DNA of 10,978 bases from Candidatus Helarchaeota archaeon. GTDB lineage: Archaea > Asgardarchaeota > Lokiarchaeia > Helarchaeales > RDOG01. This document shows, piece after piece, positions 5,764-10,978 of this stretch. The stretch spans positions 1-10,978 of the forward strand of contig JALGVI010000126.1 of NCBI GenBank assembly GCA_029838215.1, in the 5' to 3' direction. The stretch's first letter is position 1; the number at the start of each line of letters is the position of its first letter. The position numbers and the translations under genes were made by a program. The notes under the pieces are model-generated. The model was not told the DNA's origin. It was given only the letters and a program-made list of their open reading frames with translations, and did not search any database.

Positions 5764-8388
5764 TTAAAAAGAAGTCCACGTTCGCTTCTTTCTTCTTTTT
5801 TTCTTGCTTGCATAGAAAAAGTAATAACTGATCATTATTGCTCCGGCAAAGAATAAAGAGAAATTCAATAGAAAAATGAAATTGTAGTAATACAGGTAGT
5901 AGTCTTTCATGAATGTATAGATAGTCGATAAGATTTGCTCTCCAATGGGCAAAATCGTCAGCACGGATTGAATCGTCACGACAAAGAAAATAGGCACGAA
6001 TATAATGAAACCCAGCAATCCTGCCATTGCACTGTTCAGTAACAGGAGAGGTAGCATGATAAGTGTTGCCGGGACTGCCGGTGTTTCTGGAAAGAAAAGG
6101 GGTGCTAACACGTGATTGGCTCCTGAATAAACAAGTGCCATGAAGGGAGGCTCGACTAGAAAATGCGTTGATGGTAAAAGAATCCACATTAATGGAAAAG
6201 AGAGACACATCGTTAAAAGAACAAGATATTCTTTCGGAATGTTTTTCTTTTTTGCTATTTTTGCCGCGATTAACCCAATCACGATAAAAATGCCAAAGTA
6301 AAATACGGTGCTAAACGTTATCCATAAATTGATCCCTAAAATGTAATATTGCAAGTAAAAATCCTGCCACGCTTCGGCAAATCCCAAAGCCCACTCAAAC
6401 GTGAAAAGTGCATAGACAGGATTCGGAAATGCACTCGGATTTATGATGAGGATGGGTATCAAGAGAATGAGATTCGTAACGATTGAGGCTCCTATTAACA
6501 AGCCAACCGTGAAAATACTCATTGGAACGGCATAAATGAACGCCCTTGTTATTCGATTCGGTCGAAAGTCAATCTTTTTAAGAAAATTCATTGCCTTGAT
6601 TAATAAGATGGAACCAAAAGTGACGAGAAAAGGCAAGATCAAAATGGCAAGAATCAGTTGTTTGGTGAAGAACAACGAGTAGAAGAAAATCAGTTGCAAG
6701 TCGGCACCGCTCAAGACCAGCATCACGATCGAAGCAATGTTGAAAAGAAACATGCCAACGTAATAAAGCTTCATCATGGCGTTCATCCAAGCACTTCTCT
6801 TTTTAGGTTCGAGCAGGATGTTACCATTCTCATCAATTTCGCGCGGCTTGGTCTTCAACTCCAACGAATCTGAAATCCCGCTTCTAAATCTCCAAACCAA
6901 AAAGATGTAGAGCAGGATGTTGAGTTCAAATAAGCCGAAATAAGGGCTTCCGCTCGAATTCACCGCTAAAAGTATCATTGGAAGTAGAGGCCACATGCCG
7001 TTGTAAATTGTTGACTTCAGGGCTCCGAAGTTTTCCTGTGAAAACGGGTCTAGCAAACCTTTCTTGCGTAACGGATTTCGAATGCTCCCCGTATACGTGA
7101 TTTTCTTGCGAAAATCCATGATGATGGTGAATAAAACAACAAAGAACACCAGCAAGCTGAACGTGCCAAAATCCTGAAAGGACTCTCCAACAAAATAACA
7201 ACTCGTCACGAAAAAATGAAATCCCATGCTTTGAACGACCGGGTTGACATTATAAGCAACAATCGGTGCTTGGAGAAAAGTAAAAATGTAAAAGAAACCC
7301 TCGACCGAAAAAATGTAAATGAAGACTTTTGCAAGAGCCCAATAACGCGATTTCCTGCCCAACATGTAAATTAGACCAATAATCAAGATGATGGGTGCAA
7401 AATTCACGAGAATTGCCCAAATAAAATCCCCTACAGAAGTATAAATGAACGTCCCATAATTGGCTTGAACCACGGCAATGGAGAAATATGCTTCAACGAG
7501 TGCTCCTATTAAAAATAAGAAGAGACTCAAACCCACTGCCATCCATACCTTTGAATTCACCAATAAAGCCTGTCCCTCTTCTAAGAAACCATCCAAGCCA
7601 TCCTCGTCCAGTGCTTGATTCATGTCTGCCGCAATGAAATAACCTATCGTACAACCGATGACAATACCAATAATTTCAATGGCAATGTGCGGTGCCAATC
7701 CTACAAACCAGTCCGTTAATGACGAATAATGGGCAGGATAAAATAGAAGATTATCAACCAATGTCAAGGAAAATGTCAAAATTTCCGCAACAAAGATGGA
7801 ATAAAGAGAAATTCGTAAAAAAGTTCGTGAAAATGGTTCCTGCTGACGATTTCCCGTGATCATCTGATATAACTTGTAAAAACCACCAAAAACGAATGGC
7901 AGGATGAACATCGCGCCTATCGTAAATTGGTCATCAAAAATAAAATATTCAGCAATAAAAATGAGAATTCCGAAAATATATAACACGATGTTCCGATTTT
8001 CTCGCTCTCCTCTAAACACGTACTTGTAAATCCCAACGACGCTAACCCAGAATAACACCGCTCCAATCGAACTTAAAATTATACGCAGAAAATTATTCGT
8101 AAGGATTAAAATGAACAAGAAAAAAGGATTTCCTGAACTGTAATAAGTACTCCATCCCAAATTGCTCAAGATCAAGGATAATGCTTCGGGTTCAATTAGC
8201 GAATTTAAAAGATAATCCTTCATGGAAATAACTACAGGATTGGACGACAAAATTACCAATAACAACCCAATGAATGATGCAGCAAGACCTGCTGCAAAAA
8301 TTAAAATAACTGTTCGGAAAGTCTTGAAATTTAGAATGTTTTTTACGGAAAAACTATCCGTTTCCTGAAAACCTTCCAACTTTGGCAC
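5764..8388 (-). CDS. Large polytopic membrane protein with an N-terminal stage II sporulation protein M (SpoIIM/DUF95)-like domain, 874 aa
   Basis: SpoIIM-like motifs: 'ILTNNF' (aa 98-99 NN), 'LAPHIAIEIIGIVIG' (P233-H234-E238) and 'LFLIGALVEAYFS' (E299). About 20 hydrophobic segments by eye. GTG start; basic C-tail KKKRRKKR. Confidence 0.8.
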   Translation of the reverse strand: MPKLEGFQETDSFSVKNILNFKTFRTVILIFAAGLAASFIGLLLVILSSNPVVISMKDYLLNSLIEPEALSLILSNLGWSTYYSSGNPFFLFILILTNNFLRIILSSIGAVLFWVSVVGIYKYVFRGERENRNIVLYIFGILIFIAEYFIFDDQFTIGAMFILPFVFGGFYKLYQMITGNRQQEPFSRTFLRISLYSIFVAEILTFSLTLVDNLLFYPAHYSSLTDWFVGLAPHIAIEIIGIVIGCTIGYFIAADMNQALDEDGLDGFLEEGQALLVNSKVWMAVGLSLFLFLIGALVEAYFSIAVVQANYGTFIYTSVGDFIWAILVNFAPIILIIGLIYMLGRKSRYWALAKVFIYIFSVEGFFYIFTFLQAPIVAYNVNPVVQSMGFHFFVTSCYFVGESFQDFGTFSLLVFFVVLFTIIMDFRKKITYTGSIRNPLRKKGLLDPFSQENFGALKSTIYNGMWPLLPMILLAVNSSGSPYFGLFELNILLYIFLVWRFRSGISDSLELKTKPREIDENGNILLEPKKRSAWMNAMMKLYYVGMFLFNIASIVMLVLSGADLQLIFFYSLFFTKQLILAILILPFLVTFGSILLIKAMNFLKKIDFRPNRITRAFIYAVPMSIFTVGLLIGASIVTNLILLIPILIINPSAFPNPVYALFTFEWALGFAEAWQDFYLQYYILGINLWITFSTVFYFGIFIVIGLIAAKIAKKKNIPKEYLVLLTMCLSFPLMWILLPSTHFLVEPPFMALVYSGANHVLAPLFFPETPAVPATLIMLPLLLLNSAMAGLLGFIIFVPIFFVVTIQSVLTILPIGEQILSTIYTFMKDYYLYYYNFIFLLNFSLFFAGAIMISYYFFYASKKKRRKKRTWTSF

Positions 8389-8732
8389 CCTTGTTATTTC
8401 ATTTCGGAATCTTAAATTTTTGATAATTTTTTATTAAAAAGATCATTTTTTATAAATTCAATGCTTCTTGTTGATGAACATGAATTTCAGAAATTTAACT
8501 AAATAACTTACCATCTCACATCAATTAATTCTCCAAATTTAGAATTTCTCGTCCACCTCAAAAGATTGATCTTTAACAAGAATTTTATCTTCTCATTCAT
8601 TCTTTTCAAAAAAGGGTAGCTTTTCTCATTCCGATTTTCTTTTTTGAATGAGTGAAATTATTCTAGAATTAACCGGCATTTTTTTTTTGTTCATCGTTAA
8701 TTTATAGCGGGGGTTTCTTTTCAAACAAACCA

Positions 8733-9173
8733 ATGAATGCAGACTCGACCAGTCTACAAATTTCTACAAAGTCATCGAAATCAGCCAAGTGGGATTTTTA
8801 TTCTAGTGGTTTCCTGAATTCCGTTTCCATTTCTGCAGACGGCATGTATATTGTTTCTGGAAGCCATGACAACAAGGCCTATCTGTTTGAACGAAGTTGT
8901 AACACACCCGTCTGGACATATATAACAGGTGGCGATGTGTGGTCTGTTGTCATTTCTGCAGATGGTGAATATATTGCGGCAATAAGTTCTAATGGTGGTC
9001 TCTACTTTTTCGACCGGCATGCTGCAATAAAACCGTCGCCACTTGGTCAAATACCCGCCTTTGAAATTGTTCCCATCCTTGCATTGATAGGCGTCTTTGT
9101 AGTGATTCGAGCACTCATCCAAAAACGCAGAATTTCTTCACGTGAAAAATCCGTCCAAAAACAGCCATTCTAA
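8733..9173 (+). CDS. Short WD40/PQQ-like beta-propeller repeat protein (two blades) with a C-terminal Loki-CTERM/PGF-CTERM-like anchor; possibly a frameshifted or truncated gene
   Basis: Two 41-aa repeats (W..SSGFLNSVSISADGMYIVSGSHDNKAYLF / WTYITGGDVWSVVISADGEYIAAISSNGGLYFF), then IPAF + hydrophobic helix + QKRR (nt 9051-9131). Confidence 0.75.
   Translation: MNADSTSLQISTKSSKSAKWDFYSSGFLNSVSISADGMYIVSGSHDNKAYLFERSCNTPVWTYITGGDVWSVVISADGEYIAAISSNGGLYFFDRHAAIKPSPLGQIPAFEIVPILALIGVFVVIRALIQKRRISSREKSVQKQPF
8828..8975 (+). repeat. Intragenic repeat encoding the two propeller blades
   Basis: CATTTCTGCAGA occurs at 8828-8839 and 8951-8962 (123-nt period), each followed by YGG...TATATTG. Confidence 0.8.
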
Positions 9174-9250
9174 ATTCAATTCTTTTTTTGATTTGACTCC
9201 GTTGCGATGTTTTTTTTGTCTTTTTCTTCAACAAAATGTTATTTTTTTCG
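9174..9250 (+). terminator. Oligo-T terminator region
   Basis: Several T7-T8 runs directly downstream of TAA 9173. Confidence 0.55.
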
Positions 9251-9293
9251 CCATATAATTAACCCAATTTTGCGAAATTTTCATTTTTCTGTA

Positions 9294-9307
9294 TCAAAAT
9301 TTATAAA
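9294..9307 (+). promoter_or_regulatory. BRE/TATA promoter of the large surface-protein gene
   Basis: Canonical TTTATAAA (9300-9307) preceded by TCAAAA; SD GAGGT at 9363-9367, 8 nt before ATG 9376. Confidence 0.6.
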
Positions 9308-9375
9308 TCTTAGTAATATGCATTACTTCTTACTTGAGATTTATTGATTACAGAGATGATTTGAGGTCACAGCGC

Positions 9376-10978
9376 ATGACTGAACCAATCTACAAGAAAA
9401 ATTCGATTTTTTTTATTTCTAACGCCACGAGGCGTAAAATAATGTCATTTTCAATTTTATCGATTTTTACTTTTAGCATATTTATCGGTTTATTATATTC
9501 AACTGGACTGATATATCCTTTCTTGTCTTCTTTTCTGAATCTAGGGGGTAAATCTCAAGCAAATACGAGACTCTATTATCAAGAGAACCTAGAAATTAGG
9601 ATCGATTCAAGTGGCAACCTTCGTGCCGCAGTTTCGTTTCTATCTGAGAAACCCTTTATTAGCGATGCTGTAAATGTATCATCTATTGCATATAATCGCA
9701 TAATTGGAATGAGCCTTGACATATTTAATGATAATGAAACTTTAGCAAAGTACATGTCTCAAGATCCTTGGGATAATGTGAGCTCTGGTGAAATATTGCT
9801 ATCGGTAGCATTTGCTTCCGAACTTGAGTTATTAGAATCCGAACTCCAGTCATATGGTGATGCACTGAAGAATGACATTAACATCGCGTTCAACTTGAAC
9901 TCCACTCCTTCCGAATTGCAACTTACAAAAATAGGTACGTCATCCAGCTCTTTTACCAATAACAATTATGATACTGTTGTATATTCATCAAATTTCAGTA
10001 CTGGAATAGATTATGGCTATTTTATTAGTATTGCAAATAATTCATTACCTGATGGCATAAAAAACCTGATTTTTACCGATGACGTGTATTCTCGAAATAC
10101 AACACTCCATTTTGAGTGGACAAATGTCTTCATGCTTGCCGTCATGAACGATAAAATCTTGCAGGATTATTACAGAAATAAAATCCTTCTTTACGAGCGT
10201 GTTGATGAATATTATTCTTCTCCCTATAGTTTTAATACATCTAGAACGTTCGATACGGTATCCTTTGCAAGCGCGAGTCAAATAAATAACGTGAATTCAT
10301 CTTTTGCGGAATCAACCTCTTCATCAATCACCATCCAGATTGAGAACTCGCAATTCCTTGGTTCTTATCCCGACATCACGCCCGAAACGAATACTTACCT
10401 TTATTATAATATGTCCCAATATGGCTTACTCGAAAACATCACGGTAGATTTTGTTTCCCCAATTGTTGTCATTAACCGAACTCTTCCCGTGGGAAATAAT
10501 TTTGGCGACCTCGAATCCATCCAGCTTGATATTACGAATGCTACTGGCGTGCATTCCGTACAGGCAGAAATATATGAGTCTAACTTATTCCATAATTATG
10601 TTGACCGTGTCGTGAGAATTCCGAGTCCCAATCAAACCGTTCCACTCTCATATAACAATGTAACCGGTAAATGGGAAGGGGACCTGCCTTGTTATGTGCT
10701 GGATTCGGGTTCTTATACCATTACCTACAAAGCCATTTTCGGCAATGAAAAACAAACATACTCCTATTTATTCTCAAAACCCCGAATTCTCGAGGCGGGC
10801 GAGTTGATTGAAGACATCAACATCATGAATACGATAAGTATCGATTTTGACATCATCGACCCCCTGAATAATTCCATTCTAACGTTTAAGAATGATCAAA
10901 CCGTCCAATTTGCCATTAACGTTTCGAGCAATTTCTCCATAAGCAGGGTATGGGGTGAAGTATATGATCATTTTAATT
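9376..10978 (+). CDS. Large membrane-anchored/secreted cell-surface glycoprotein, 5' part only (at least 534 aa, runs off the window; not in the supplied ORF track)
   Basis: Manual translation of frame +1 from ATG 9376 gives no stop up to 10978: MTEPIYKKNSIFFISNATRRK-IMSFSILSIFTFSIFIGLLYSTGLIYPFL (basic residues plus a hydrophobic helix), then an S/T/N-rich ectodomain with 18 N-x-S/T sequons by my count and Ig-like beta-strand patterns ('LSYNNVTGKWEGDL', 'GSYTITYKA', 'INVSSNFSISRVWGEV'). Confidence 0.9.
   Translation, partial: MTEPIYKKNSIFFISNATRRKIMSFSILSIFTFSIFIGLLYSTGLIYPFLSSFLNLGGKSQANTRLYYQENLEIRIDSSGNLRAAVSFLSEKPFISDAVNVSSIAYNRIIGMSLDIFNDNETLAKYMSQDPWDNVSSGEILLSVAFASELELLESELQSYGDALKNDINIAFNLNSTPSELQLTKIGTSSSSFTNNNYDTVVYSSNFSTGIDYGYFISIANNSLPDGIKNLIFTDDVYSRNTTLHFEWTNVFMLAVMNDKILQDYYRNKILLYERVDEYYSSPYSFNTSRTFDTVSFASASQINNVNSSFAESTSSSITIQIENSQFLGSYPDITPETNTYLYYNMSQYGLLENITVDFVSPIVVINRTLPVGNNFGDLESIQLDITNATGVHSVQAEIYESNLFHNYVDRVVRIPSPNQTVPLSYNNVTGKWEGDLPCYVLDSGSYTITYKAIFGNEKQTYSYLFSKPRILEAGELIEDINIMNTISIDFDIIDPLNNSILTFKNDQTVQFAINVSSNFSISRVWGEVYDHFN

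Noticed and set aside
5585-6208. 207-aa minus-strand ORF bridging the membrane gene and the small gene
   Set aside because: It is an alternative frame overlapping two better-supported same-strand genes, with no recognisable motif and no slippery site evident.
5764-8388. Sporulation or engulfment function, or archaeosortase identity, for the 874-aa protein
   Set aside because: SpoIIM-like domains are widespread in non-sporulating organisms, no SpoIID/SpoIIP partner is present, and I could not find an exosortase Cys/Arg/His arrangement.
382-10281. Remaining short ORFs in the track (e.g. 479-778, 1091-1318, 2253-2507, 2658-3020, 3348-3668, 4176-4442, 6658-6873, 8781-9122, 9759-9965, 10045-10281)
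   Set aside because: All are antisense or off-frame shadows nested in longer, motif-supported genes.
1-10978. CRISPR array, tRNA/rRNA, IS element or integrase, diversity-generating retroelement repeats
   Set aside because: I saw no regularly spaced repeats, cloverleaf, terminal inverted repeats with target duplication, transposase/RT motifs or adenine-variant repeat pairs. The only long repeat is the intragenic propeller unit.

Overview
AT-rich archaeal genomic window, most likely from an Asgard archaeon (Lokiarchaeia/Promethearchaeota-like). This is an inference from TATA boxes, GGTGA/GAGGT ribosome-binding sites, oligo-T terminators and a Loki-CTERM-like sorting tail. The left half is metabolic/housekeeping: a phytoene-desaturase-superfamily FAD oxidoreductase, a translationally coupled corrinoid protein plus UroD-fold (methyltransferase-like) pair, a cyclophilin with an unusual Cys-flanked loop insertion, and an AIM24/TIGR00266 protein. 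The right half is envelope-related and mostly uncharacterised: an 84-aa charged helical protein, an 874-aa polytopic membrane protein built on an interrupted SpoIIM-like domain, a two-blade beta-propeller protein with a sortase-type tail whose putative signal peptide is out of frame at a T10 tract, and a large sequon-rich surface protein (9376 to the window end) that is absent from the ORF track. I found no rRNA, tRNA, CRISPR array or mobile element. Family calls come from motif recognition by eye, not from database searches.
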